From: Clostridiales bacterium
GTDB taxonomy: Bacteria > Bacillota > Clostridia > Peptostreptococcales > JAAYPU01
Direction of reading: 5' to 3'
Length of the DNA stretch: 33,360 nucleotides
NCBI GenBank assembly: GCA_012519645.1
Contig: JAAYPU010000418.1
Span: 1-33,360, forward strand
Shown in pieces: positions 8,237-16,656 of the stretch. The notes under the pieces are model-generated. The model had not been told where the DNA came from. It made no database searches and saw nothing but the letters and a program-made list of their open reading frames with translations. A program made the translations under genes and the position numbers. Position 1 is the first letter of the stretch, and each line of letters opens with the position of its first letter.

Positions 8237-8788
8237 ATGGATATAGTCAATATATATACTGACGGAGCTTGTTCCGGTAATCAAAACGCAGAAAATATCG
8301 GCGGATGGGGTGCCATTTTAGAATATGGCAAGCATTTCAAAGAAATATATGGCGGAGAAATTAATACAACTAATAACCGTATGGAAATGACAGCCTTATT
8401 AAAAGCATTAGAATGCTTAAAAAAAGAAAATCTGATTATTCGTGTTTTTTCCGACAGTTCTTATTTAATGAATTGCTTCAGAGAAAAATGGTATGAAAAA
8501 TGGTTATTAAATAATTGGACAACCTCAGGAAAAACACCGGTTGAGAACAGAGACTTATGGGAGGAGCTTATCTCGCATATCCATAAGCATCAAATAAGCT
8601 TTTACCGCGTAAAAGGTCACCTCAATATTCATCATATAAATACGGATGTTAACAAATGGTATTTAAAATTCAAGGAATGGAATGGCGATCATTTCAGTAA
8701 AGAGGATTTTATCTATATTACCGAAAAAAACAATCGCGCAGATGCATTGGCAAATATGGGTATCGAATTAAATAAGCAGAAGGATTGA
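8237..8788 (+). CDS. rnhA: Ribonuclease HI
   Basis: The DEDD contexts are present: YTDGACSGN, NNRMEMTAL, FSDSSYL and NNRADALAN. AGGAGG RBS lies upstream. Confidence 0.9.
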   Translation: MDIVNIYTDGACSGNQNAENIGGWGAILEYGKHFKEIYGGEINTTNNRMEMTALLKALECLKKENLIIRVFSDSSYLMNCFREKWYEKWLLNNWTTSGKTPVENRDLWEELISHIHKHQISFYRVKGHLNIHHINTDVNKWYLKFKEWNGDHFSKEDFIYITEKNNRADALANMGIELNKQKD

Positions 8789-8834
8789 CCATTGCCTATT
8801 GGCGATAGCCTTTTAAAACAGACCGCGGTTGAAT

Positions 8835-9908
8835 TTACAGCATTTTCAGTATTTCAATTCTATCCCTCAGCCCAATCACAATATTTCCATTCGACAATAT
8901 ATCAGCCCAATAGATATCCTTGGATAACTTGTGGATTTCGATAGTATTGTTTTTTATTAAAAATAATGTTCTTTTACCATAAAGCAGCATTCCCTTATCC
9001 TTTGCTATGCTGCTTTCAATTCTCCCTTCCACTGAAGCTTCCATCAAAAATTGATTATCTTTATTTAAAAGCTTAATATCAGTCTTACCAATATTATTTA
9101 TACTTATAAGAAGACCTTCTGCTATTGAGCTGTATTCCGCTCTATCCGCTATTATTTTATTTTCCCATATTATCTCTTTATTCTTACTAAGCTTTAATAT
9201 TCGCTTATCGCCGATACATAATAAATCTCCGTCTTTTGTCCAAAATATCTTTGAAATGATTTCATCATTTAAAATTTTACCGCCTTGAATGGATCCGTTG
9301 ATACCGGTAAAAAAGATATTAGATTTGATTCCCTGCTCATAAGATAAAACTGCTACCGCAACTTTGTTGCTGTCGGAATCAAATGCAAAGTCAATTATTT
9401 TGCCATCCTTTAAGCCCTTGATCCTCCCTGCTTCTTCTCCGGAATTATCTAAAAACATGAGCTGCTCGATTTCATTTTCATCAGCAGAGTGAATACCTAT
9501 ATACCCGCTGTTATCATCTGATTTTATTGAGATTATCCGGCTGTCGGTCAATGCTTTTCTGTTTATCAATTCAGCCTTTTCATCAAATATATAAACTTTC
9601 CCGTTTTTCTTATCGGCCACATGAACACATTCCCCTGCGCTGATGATCCAGGGGTCCTGCAGCACTCCGGGAATACTATATGAATATGTTTCTTCATTGA
9701 TATATATTTTTAAAGTGTTATCTTCAAGAACAATAATATTATTGCCGATTACGCCATGTGAATATTTCTCGCCGTCTATTTTAATAGTTTGAACTATCTC
9801 ATATTTTTTTTCCACATTTAAGGTTTTTATAAAGTATATAGCTCCCAAAAGCAAAACAAGTATAATAATGAAATACTTACTGCGATTCTTTCTTTTCTTC
9901 TTTCTCAT
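8835..9908 (-). CDS. Membrane-anchored beta-rich (propeller-like, DUF5711-like) protein
   Basis: It has a basic N-terminus plus one TM (MRKKKRKNRSKYFIIILVLLLGAIYFI), followed by about 320 aa of repetitive beta-strand-like sequence. ATG at 9908 lies 5 nt after GAAGGGA and 14 nt after the phosphatase stop, so the two genes are co-transcribed. Confidence 0.6.
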   Translation of the reverse strand: MRKKKRKNRSKYFIIILVLLLGAIYFIKTLNVEKKYEIVQTIKIDGEKYSHGVIGNNIIVLEDNTLKIYINEETYSYSIPGVLQDPWIISAGECVHVADKKNGKVYIFDEKAELINRKALTDSRIISIKSDDNSGYIGIHSADENEIEQLMFLDNSGEEAGRIKGLKDGKIIDFAFDSDSNKVAVAVLSYEQGIKSNIFFTGINGSIQGGKILNDEIISKIFWTKDGDLLCIGDKRILKLSKNKEIIWENKIIADRAEYSSIAEGLLISINNIGKTDIKLLNKDNQFLMEASVEGRIESSIAKDKGMLLYGKRTLFLIKNNTIEIHKLSKDIYWADILSNGNIVIGLRDRIEILKML

Positions 9909-9922
9909 ATCTATCCCTTCAA

Positions 9923-11041
9923 TCAAATAATTTCAAACAGTACTACTGCGATATCATCTTTAATGAATTCTGAAGAATAACGTATTGCCTCATCATAGAT
10001 ATTTGAGATCAAAACTTCACTTTTTTCTTTTATGTTTTTTTCCAACGCTTTGAATAATCCTTCGTATCCAAAGAAAGTATTGGATTTTGCATCATAAGAT
10101 TCTACCAAGCCATCCGTATAAAAAAGAACTCTGTCACCTTTATTTAATTTTATTTTTATGCTGTTATGCATACTCCTGTCTATTAAAGAACAAATAGGGA
10201 AGCCGTTAATATCTATTTCCTTAAGCTCATTATTTCCCGTAATAATAATGGGATAGCAATTATGTCCCGCATTTACAAATGTTATCTCTTGAGTAGGCTT
10301 GTTATATATACCGTATAACACTGTAAAATATGTCTCCGGGTCCACGTTTAATTCTTTAAAATTATAAATAAGGTCATCTATTGTTTCTTCAATATTTTTT
10401 GATTTATTTTTTTTGTTTCTCATTATTTGTCTTAAAAAAAGAGTAAACATTGAAGCACTGACACCATGACCGGAAACATCCGCTATATAAATGCCGATGT
10501 TATCCTCATCTATTTCAATAATATCAAAAATGTCTCCTCCTAATGCTTCACTGGGTTCATATTTCGAGATGACCCTTATGGCATCTCCATATATTGCATC
10601 TTCAGGTATTATTTTCCTCTGAAGCTGTTTTGCAAAATTTAAATCTACTTTCATTTTTGAATACTGGTCAAAGATACTTTTCTCCAAAAGCTTTTGATCT
10701 GTAATGTCTCTGAAGACTTCCACAGAAAATACTTTTTGAGTACTCTGGCTTAATATCGGTGAGCTGATGACAGAGTAAATTCTATCTCCCAGTCTTTCTT
10801 CTTTTTCATGAGGTTCGAAGATTCTCAAGCTTCTTTCCGAAATACAATCTACACACCTTTCTGTTCTGTCTATGGCTTCGTAGCACTTCTTTCCAATTAG
10901 ATCTCCGAATTTTTCTCTCATTGTTTTATTCATAAAAATAACATTGCCTTCTTGATCAATAACACGCACCATATCCTGCATACTTTCCAAAATATTAGTG
11001 GTTAAATCATAGGCTTCTGCATCTTTGATTATTCTCTTCAT
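9923..11041 (-). CDS. PAS-domain PP2C (SpoIIE/RsbU-family) serine phosphatase
   Basis: The C-terminal PP2C motifs are present: GGDIFDI, IADVSGHGVSASMF, NAGHN and YTDGLVES. The N-terminal PAS-like segment carries C-x9-C-x2-C. ATG at 11041 has AAGGAG upstream; the ORF-track start at 11110 is an upstream TTG. Confidence 0.85.
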   Translation of the reverse strand: MKRIIKDAEAYDLTTNILESMQDMVRVIDQEGNVIFMNKTMREKFGDLIGKKCYEAIDRTERCVDCISERSLRIFEPHEKEERLGDRIYSVISSPILSQSTQKVFSVEVFRDITDQKLLEKSIFDQYSKMKVDLNFAKQLQRKIIPEDAIYGDAIRVISKYEPSEALGGDIFDIIEIDEDNIGIYIADVSGHGVSASMFTLFLRQIMRNKKNKSKNIEETIDDLIYNFKELNVDPETYFTVLYGIYNKPTQEITFVNAGHNCYPIIITGNNELKEIDINGFPICSLIDRSMHNSIKIKLNKGDRVLFYTDGLVESYDAKSNTFFGYEGLFKALEKNIKEKSEVLISNIYDEAIRYSSEFIKDDIAVVLFEII

Positions 11042-11262
11042 ATTTTTTATCTCCTTATTCGATAATAATATCAAGGGATAATATGCATTTAAAAAGTTTA
11101 TATTAAACAAAGGTTTTAATACTATCTTGAAGTAATTTCAATTTCGAAATTTCCTTGTTTATATATATTACCATCTTTTATCATAAAAACAAATAAATAA
11201 ATCTATATTTCGACATATAATAAATGTCTTCTCCCTTGCGACATAATTGATTCTTATTATTC

Positions 11263-11295
11263 AAAAAAAGTAAATGTTTCACGTGAAACATTTAC
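11263..11295 (-). terminator. Intrinsic terminator of spo0J built on the parS palindrome
   Basis: The 26-bp perfect palindrome GTAAATGTTTCACGTGAAACATTTAC (11270-11295) starts 12 nt after the spo0J stop. On the minus strand it is followed by T7 (11263-11269). Confidence 0.6.
11275..11290. other. parS centromere-like site (perfect consensus)
   Basis: TGTTTCACGTGAAACA matches the Firmicute parS consensus TGTTNCACGTGAAACA at 16/16 positions. Confidence 0.9.
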
Positions 11296-11307
11296 TCGTC
11301 GTTGAGT

Positions 11308-12180
11308 TTATATATTTTCAAGCTCTTTAAACATCTCTATTAATCTTTCAAGCTCTTCCTGACTATAATATTCGATTTCCACAGTACCTTTTCTATTACG
11401 GTGGTTAATGGTAACCTTTGTTCCGAATATTCTTTTTAAATCCTCCTGTATATTTATAATCTGAGGATCTGTTCTTCTTTTCTCGCTTTTATTCTTTTTA
11501 CTTCCTTTTGTTTTGTTTTCTTCAACCGCTTTTTCAGTCTGACGAACGTTTAAACCTTTTTCTATTATTTCAAGGACAAGGGCTTTCTGCTTTTGCTTAT
11601 CCTCTATATTAATAAGCGCACGTGCATGTCCGCTGGTTATCTTATTTTCCAAGATAAGTAATTGTATTTCCTCAGGAAGCTTTAGAAGTCTTAAAGTGTT
11701 TGCAATATATGGTCTGCTCTTGCCAACACTTTTGGCAATGTCTTCCTGTGTCATATTGTATTCTTTCAGCATACTATCGAAAGCTTTCGCTTCTTCTATG
11801 GGGTTAAGATCTTCTCTTTGCAGGTTTTCAATAATGGCAAAAAGCATATGGCTTTGTTCATCAATATCCTTAATAATGCACGGCACTTCTTTCAACCCTG
11901 CTTTCCGTGCAGCTCGCCATCTTCTTTCTCCGGCTATTATTTCATATCCCGAATTAACAGCCTTTACAATAATGGGTTGTATGATTCCATGAGCTTTTAT
12001 GGATTCTGCAAGTTCATCGATCTTTTCCGAATCAAAAAGCTTTCTGGGCTGATTAGGATTAGGGGATATTTCATTAATGTCAAGGGTGATCAATTCTTTA
12101 TTATTATTTTCATTTATATTGATATCCGTAAACAGCGCCTCAAGACCTCTTCCAAGAGCTTTTCCTTTTCTTGTGGCCAT
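11308..12180 (-). CDS. spo0J: Chromosome partitioning protein ParB/Spo0J
   Basis: It has the ParB box (IIENLQREDLNPIEEA), the GERRWRAA arginine patch and an HTH. It abuts soj, with start and stop sharing nt 12180. Confidence 0.95.
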   Translation of the reverse strand: MATRKGKALGRGLEALFTDININENNNKELITLDINEISPNPNQPRKLFDSEKIDELAESIKAHGIIQPIIVKAVNSGYEIIAGERRWRAARKAGLKEVPCIIKDIDEQSHMLFAIIENLQREDLNPIEEAKAFDSMLKEYNMTQEDIAKSVGKSRPYIANTLRLLKLPEEIQLLILENKITSGHARALINIEDKQKQKALVLEIIEKGLNVRQTEKAVEENKTKGSKKNKSEKRRTDPQIINIQEDLKRIFGTKVTINHRNRKGTVEIEYYSQEELERLIEMFKELENI

Positions 12181-12956
12181 TATTCATTCGCTCCTTCCAG
12201 ATCAAGAAACTCTTCTGCAAAATCTATATAGGCCTCAGCACCTTTTGATTTAGGGTCATATTCTATTATAGGCAGTCCAAAGCTTGGTGCTTCTGCAAGC
12301 CTTACGTTTCTGGGGATAATTGTTGTATATACTTTTTCTTTAAAATATCGTTTGACTTCATCAACAACCTGAATAGATAGGTTTGTCCTTCCATCAAACA
12401 TGCTTAGAATAACACCCTGTATTTGAAGATTCGGATTAAGATTTTTCTTTACAAGCTCGACCGTACTCATAAGCTGGCTTACACCTTCTAATGCATAAAA
12501 CTCACATTGTATTGGAATCAGCACACTGTCCACTGCAGTTAAAGAATTAATTGTTAATAGACCTAAGGACGGAGGGCAATCTATAAAAACAAAATCATAT
12601 CCCTGCTTTACCGCATCAATTACTTTTTTAAGGCGCTTTTCTCTTGCTTCCATCTCAACAAGCTCTATCTCGGCGCCTGACAACTTGACGCTGGAAGGAA
12701 TAATATCCATATTTTTTACACATGTAGGATATATCGCTTCTCTTGGATGCAATGAATCATTGATTAAAATATCATATATTGATACATTGAGATTCCTTTT
12801 ATCTATCCCAATTCCACTGGTTGTGTTACCCTGTGGATCTATATCAATAATAAGAATTTTTTTACCCTTTAAAGCCAGGCATGCTGCCAAGTTAATATTT
12901 GTCGTTGTCTTTCCTACGCCGCCCTTTTGATTGAAAATAGCTATTGCTTTACCCAA
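12180..12956 (-). CDS. soj: Chromosome partitioning ATPase ParA/Soj
   Basis: It has the deviant Walker A KGGVGKTT and sequence typical of Soj throughout. The start codon is TTG, preceded by GAAAGAGG. Confidence 0.95.
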   Translation of the reverse strand: MGKAIAIFNQKGGVGKTTTNINLAACLALKGKKILIIDIDPQGNTTSGIGIDKRNLNVSIYDILINDSLHPREAIYPTCVKNMDIIPSSVKLSGAEIELVEMEAREKRLKKVIDAVKQGYDFVFIDCPPSLGLLTINSLTAVDSVLIPIQCEFYALEGVSQLMSTVELVKKNLNPNLQIQGVILSMFDGRTNLSIQVVDEVKRYFKEKVYTTIIPRNVRLAEAPSFGLPIIEYDPKSKGAEAYIDFAEEFLDLEGANE

Positions 12957-13100
12957 ATCTACTACCTCTTTCTTTGTATAATCCTTTATAATATTAATTA
13001 TATAGCATAATAAGATTTTTTTCCTTATTTTTTTCTATTTTAATCAAAAAAATAGTCGTAAATCAAAAAATAGCTTTAAATAATTACTTACATATAAAAA

Positions 13101-13116
13101 TGTTTCACGTGAAACA
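13101..13116. other. parS site (perfect consensus)
   Basis: TGTTTCACGTGAAACA, located between the noc stop and the soj promoter region. Confidence 0.9.
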
Positions 13117-13118
13117 AA

Positions 13119-13134
13119 AGTTTCACGTGAAACA
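13119..13134. other. parS site (15/16), in tandem with the previous one and abutting the noc stop codon
   Basis: AGTTTCACGTGAAACA lies 2 nt from the first copy and ends 1 nt before the noc stop (13135-13137). Confidence 0.75.
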
Positions 13135-13941
13135 TTATACTGATGCCTCCGACTGATTTTTGGGTATTTTTATCTTTATTTCCATATATTCACCTTTGTC
13201 TTCCTGTAAATATTCAGCGTTCTTTTCCACTTCTTTTATTGTTTTAAAAGCATTTTTCAACGTATTAAGATATATTTTGTAATGTATACATTTACGTATT
13301 GTGAAAATCTTCTTTTCATCAATATCCTTATCAAGCATTTCCAGAATCAGATCTTCCGATTTTTGAACATTGAGCTTATTCTTAATGATTTTATCAAGCG
13401 CTGCGTCGATATCTGACGGCGTTTCAAGCTTTAGCAAGGCTCGGGCATGTCTTTCGGTAAGATTGTTTTCCGTCAGCTTTTTTAGTACGGCATCCGGTAA
13501 GCTTAATAATCTTAACTTGTTTGATATTGTAGATTGCTTCTTTCCCACCTTTTCTGCAATTTGTGACTGAGTAAGAAAATACCGGTCCATAAGCTTTTTA
13601 TATGCCTGGGCCTCCTCAATATAGTTCAGGTCTTCTCTCTGAATATTTTCTATCAGAGACCATACACCCATATCAAAATCATCTATATCCCTTATTATTA
13701 CCGGCACTTTTGACAGTCCGGCTGAAATAGCTGCTCTCAATCTTCTTTCTCCGGTTATCAGGACATATTTATCCCCTTCTGTCCTTTTAACCGTAACAGG
13801 CTGCATAATACCGATCTCTTTTATTGAGGCAGCCAGTTCTTCTATCCCTTCTCCGTTGAATTTTTTCCTGGGCTGATCGGGATTCGGTAAAATATACTCA
13901 ACAGGAATTTCCTGTACTTTATCTCCCTTAAAGCCAAACAT
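13135..13941 (-). CDS. noc: ParB-family nucleoid occlusion protein (Noc-like, assigned by synteny)
   Basis: It has a ParB N-terminal domain (GERRLRAA, IENIQREDLNYIEEA) and an HTH. It is unpaired with a ParA and lies directly downstream of rsmG, as in Bacillus gidB-noc-soj-spo0J. ATG at 13941 lies 8 nt after AGGGGG; the ORF track starts at GTG 13950. Confidence 0.75.
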   Translation of the reverse strand: MFGFKGDKVQEIPVEYILPNPDQPRKKFNGEGIEELAASIKEIGIMQPVTVKRTEGDKYVLITGERRLRAAISAGLSKVPVIIRDIDDFDMGVWSLIENIQREDLNYIEEAQAYKKLMDRYFLTQSQIAEKVGKKQSTISNKLRLLSLPDAVLKKLTENNLTERHARALLKLETPSDIDAALDKIIKNKLNVQKSEDLILEMLDKDIDEKKIFTIRKCIHYKIYLNTLKNAFKTIKEVEKNAEYLQEDKGEYMEIKIKIPKNQSEASV

Positions 13942-14008
13942 TCGCAACACCCCCTGAATGTTAAACTATTCTCTCTGTTTGGCTTTAATCCTTTAGTTTT
14001 CGTACAAC

Positions 14009-14039
14009 AAAAAACCCTCTATATTGTCACTATAGAGGG
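14009..14039 (-). terminator. Intrinsic terminator of the mnmE-mnmG-rsmG operon, overlapping the rsmG stop
   Basis: CCCTCTATA (14015-14023) pairs with TATAGAGGG (14031-14039). On the minus strand it is followed by TTTTTT (14009-14014). Confidence 0.65.
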
Positions 14040-14752
14040 GATTTTGTAGGATTTCCGGCCTTTCGGGGAAACTGTAACGGTGTAGCAGCATTTTTTTTAA
14101 TATAAATTATTTGATGATCTGAAAAATAGGAATCTACATATTCTTCATGATGTTCCGCAATCTCTCCTCCTAATATACGGATCGCTTTCCTGCTTTCGTC
14201 AATTTCATCCTTAATATGCTTGCTCTTATATGCCGCAAAATAGCCTCCTATTTTAACAAAGGGAAGACAATATTCGCTTAAAACATTCAATTTTGCCACT
14301 GCTCTTGATACACACAGGTCAAACTGTTCTCTGTAAAGCTTGTTTTGTCCTAAGTCTTCCGCTCTTCCGTGCAGCGCCTTTACATTGTTCAGTCCTATAT
14401 TTTCAATAACTTCAGATAAAAAATTTACTCTCTTGTTTAGAGAATCCACCAAAAGAAATTCTTTATCAGGAAAAATTATACTTAAAGGAATCCCCGGGAA
14501 ACCAGCACCTGTTCCAACATCAATAACCTTATCCAGTTTATTTAAGTCAGGAAATGACGCACACATAATCGAATCTATAAAATGCTTTATGATGAATTCT
14601 TTTTCGTCTACAATGGCCGTAAGGTTTATTTTCTCATTCCATTCTAAAACCATTTTTTTATACTCGATAAATTTATCGATCATTTCGTTATCATAAACTA
14701 TTTTCAATTTATGCAATGCGTCTTCCAGCAAAACAATATTATTTTCTGTCAT
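14030..14752 (-). CDS. rsmG: 16S rRNA (guanine527-N7)-methyltransferase RsmG (GidB)
   Basis: It has the SAM motif [15 protein letters not shown] and a typical length from ATG 14752 (MTENNIV...). It overlaps the mnmG 3' end by 14 nt. Confidence 0.9.
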   Translation of the reverse strand: MTENNIVLLEDALHKLKIVYDNEMIDKFIEYKKMVLEWNEKINLTAIVDEKEFIIKHFIDSIMCASFPDLNKLDKVIDVGTGAGFPGIPLSIIFPDKEFLLVDSLNKRVNFLSEVIENIGLNNVKALHGRAEDLGQNKLYREQFDLCVSRAVAKLNVLSEYCLPFVKIGGYFAAYKSKHIKDEIDESRKAIRILGGEIAEHHEEYVDSYFSDHQIIYIKKNAATPLQFPRKAGNPTKSPL

Positions 14753-16634
14753 GCTCTTTTTTCCTTCTTTCCCTTTCGAGATATATGAGTAAAACATTTA
14801 TATCTGCCGGGGATACTCCTGAAATTCTGGATGCTTGTCCTACAGACTCAGGCTTTAATTTGTTCAGCTTCTGCTGAGCTTCTATACGCAATCCATCGAT
14901 CTGCGAATAATCAATACTTTCATCCAGTCTTTTATTTTCAAGCTTTTTAAATTTATCTATCTGATTTAATTGTTTTTCTATATATCCCATATATTTAACC
15001 TGGATTTCTATCTGCTGTGCCGCGCTCTTGCTTATTTCAGGCCTGTCCTTATCTATTTCCGCAAGCATTTGATAGCTTAGCTCAGGTCGTCTAAGCAATT
15101 CTAATAGTGTGACCCTGTTTTTAATAGGACTGCTTTCACATTTCTTTAAAAATTCATTTGCTTCATCAGGCTTTATATATGTTGTTTTGATTCTCTCCAT
15201 TTCATTTTCTATCATTTCTTTTTTAAGAAGAAATTTTTCGTAACGTTCTTTGCTGACAAGACCGATTTCGTGTCCTTTTTCAGTTAATCGCAAGTCTGCA
15301 TTGTCCTGTCTCAGCAATAACCTGTATTCCGCACGGGAAGTCATAATTCTATAGGGCTCATTAGTACCCTTTGTAACAAGGTCATCGATCAAAACACCGA
15401 TATATCCTTCTGACCTATCTAATATAAATGGTTCCCTCCCTTTTAGCTTATGTGCCGCATTAATACCGGCCATCAAACCTTGTGCCGCCGCTTCTTCATA
15501 ACCCGAGCTGCCGTTTATCTGTCCGGCGCAAAATAAATTAGCTACATTTCTATGTTCTAATGAAAGTTTTAAATCCAAGGGATCGATACAATCATATTCA
15601 ATAGCATATGCGGGACGGACTATCTTAGCATTTTCAAGGCCCGGAATGGTTTTGTAGAACATTTCCTGCACATCCTCGGGCAGGCTGCTGGACATACCCT
15701 GCACATAGACTTCATCAGTGTACAGCCCTTCCGGTTCAATAAACAACTGGTGTCTTTCCTTGTCCGAAAATCTCACAAGTTTATCTTCAATTGAAGGACA
15801 ATATCTGGGGCCGACTCCTTCGATATATCCTCCAAACAATGCAGATCTATCCAGATTTTGCAATATAACATTATGCGTATTCTGGTTTGTATAAGTAAGC
15901 CAGCATGAAACCTGGCTTATTTCGAGCTTGTCATTCAAAAAAGAAAATGGAATGATTTCTTCATCTCCGGGCTGCTCCAGCATTTTGCTATAATCCAAGG
16001 TTTTTCCGTCAAGTCTGGCAGGCGTACCTGTTTTAAATCGTCTAAGACCGATGTTGTGCTTCTTAAGATTTGCTGAAAGCTCTATTGCTGCAGAAAGACC
16101 ATTGGGCCCTCCTTCGTAATTCCATTTCCCTATGAAAATCCTGCCTCTTAAAAAGGTTCCCGTCGCCAGAATAACAGCCTTTGCATTATATAGTGCACCT
16201 GTTTTGGTTATTATTCCTTTAACCGCTCCATCCTCCACAACAAGATCTGTAACTTCCGCTTGTTTGATATCAAGATTATCCTGACTTTCTAATACCTTCT
16301 TCATCGACACATGATATGCAAGCTTATCAGCCTGTGTCCTCAGCGAGTGAACAGCAGGTCCTTTCGCAGTATTCAACATTCTTGACTGAATAGAGGCTTT
16401 ATCAATATTGACAGCCATTTCTCCGCCAAGCGCATCAATTTCCCTTACAAGATGCCCTTTTCCTGTTCCACCTATTGAAGGATTGCAGGCCATCATTGCA
16501 ACAGCTTCCAAATTAATAGAAAATATAAGGGTCTTTAATCCCAATCTTGCCGTTGCCAGCGCGGCTTCACAGCCTGCATGACCGGCACCTACAACAATTA
16601 CATCATATGTTCCCATATAAAAATTATCGCTCAT
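14739..16634 (-). CDS. mnmG: tRNA uridine 5-carboxymethylaminomethyl modification enzyme MnmG (GidA)
   Basis: It has the FAD motif [16 protein letters not shown], is 631 aa long, and is highly conserved throughout. Confidence 0.97.
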   Translation of the reverse strand: MSDNFYMGTYDVIVVGAGHAGCEAALATARLGLKTLIFSINLEAVAMMACNPSIGGTGKGHLVREIDALGGEMAVNIDKASIQSRMLNTAKGPAVHSLRTQADKLAYHVSMKKVLESQDNLDIKQAEVTDLVVEDGAVKGIITKTGALYNAKAVILATGTFLRGRIFIGKWNYEGGPNGLSAAIELSANLKKHNIGLRRFKTGTPARLDGKTLDYSKMLEQPGDEEIIPFSFLNDKLEISQVSCWLTYTNQNTHNVILQNLDRSALFGGYIEGVGPRYCPSIEDKLVRFSDKERHQLFIEPEGLYTDEVYVQGMSSSLPEDVQEMFYKTIPGLENAKIVRPAYAIEYDCIDPLDLKLSLEHRNVANLFCAGQINGSSGYEEAAAQGLMAGINAAHKLKGREPFILDRSEGYIGVLIDDLVTKGTNEPYRIMTSRAEYRLLLRQDNADLRLTEKGHEIGLVSKERYEKFLLKKEMIENEMERIKTTYIKPDEANEFLKKCESSPIKNRVTLLELLRRPELSYQMLAEIDKDRPEISKSAAQQIEIQVKYMGYIEKQLNQIDKFKKLENKRLDESIDYSQIDGLRIEAQQKLNKLKPESVGQASRISGVSPADINVLLIYLERERRKKEHDRK

Positions 16635-16656
16635 TTTTCTATCCCCGCTTTTCTAA

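Noticed and set aside
7849-8284. Minus-strand ORFs 7849-8094 and 8057-8284, opposite the tiny TM peptide gene and the rnhA promoter.
   Set aside because: Their translations are Lys/Asn low-complexity mirror images of the Phe/Leu-rich plus-strand gene. They have no RBS, and they run through the plus-strand terminator hairpin.
11209-11243. Two Spo0A-box-like heptamers on the minus strand upstream of the PAS-PP2C gene: TGTCGAA at 11209-11215 and TGTCGCA at 11237-11243. They are embedded in a repeated TATGTCG(A/C)AA.
   Set aside because: A 7-mer is expected several times by chance in 33 kb on two strands. Another TTCGACA occurs inside a CDS at 8890-8896. Without conservation or ChIP data this is not distinguishable from noise.
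13035-13075. AT-rich direct repeats (AATCAAAAAAATAG / AATCAAAAAATAG) and a small inverted repeat (CTATTTT...AAAATAG) upstream of soj.
   Set aside because: These are low-complexity A/T runs. They could contribute to the soj promoter or to DNA curvature, but there is no specific motif I can support.
14489-14502. A Noc-binding-site-like sequence, AATCCCCGGGAAAC, inside rsmG.
   Set aside because: Only 11/14 positions match the Bacillus NBS palindrome ATTTCCCGGGAAAT, and only one half-site is good. It lies inside a coding region where it encodes IPGKP of the SAM-binding motif. It is probably coincidental.
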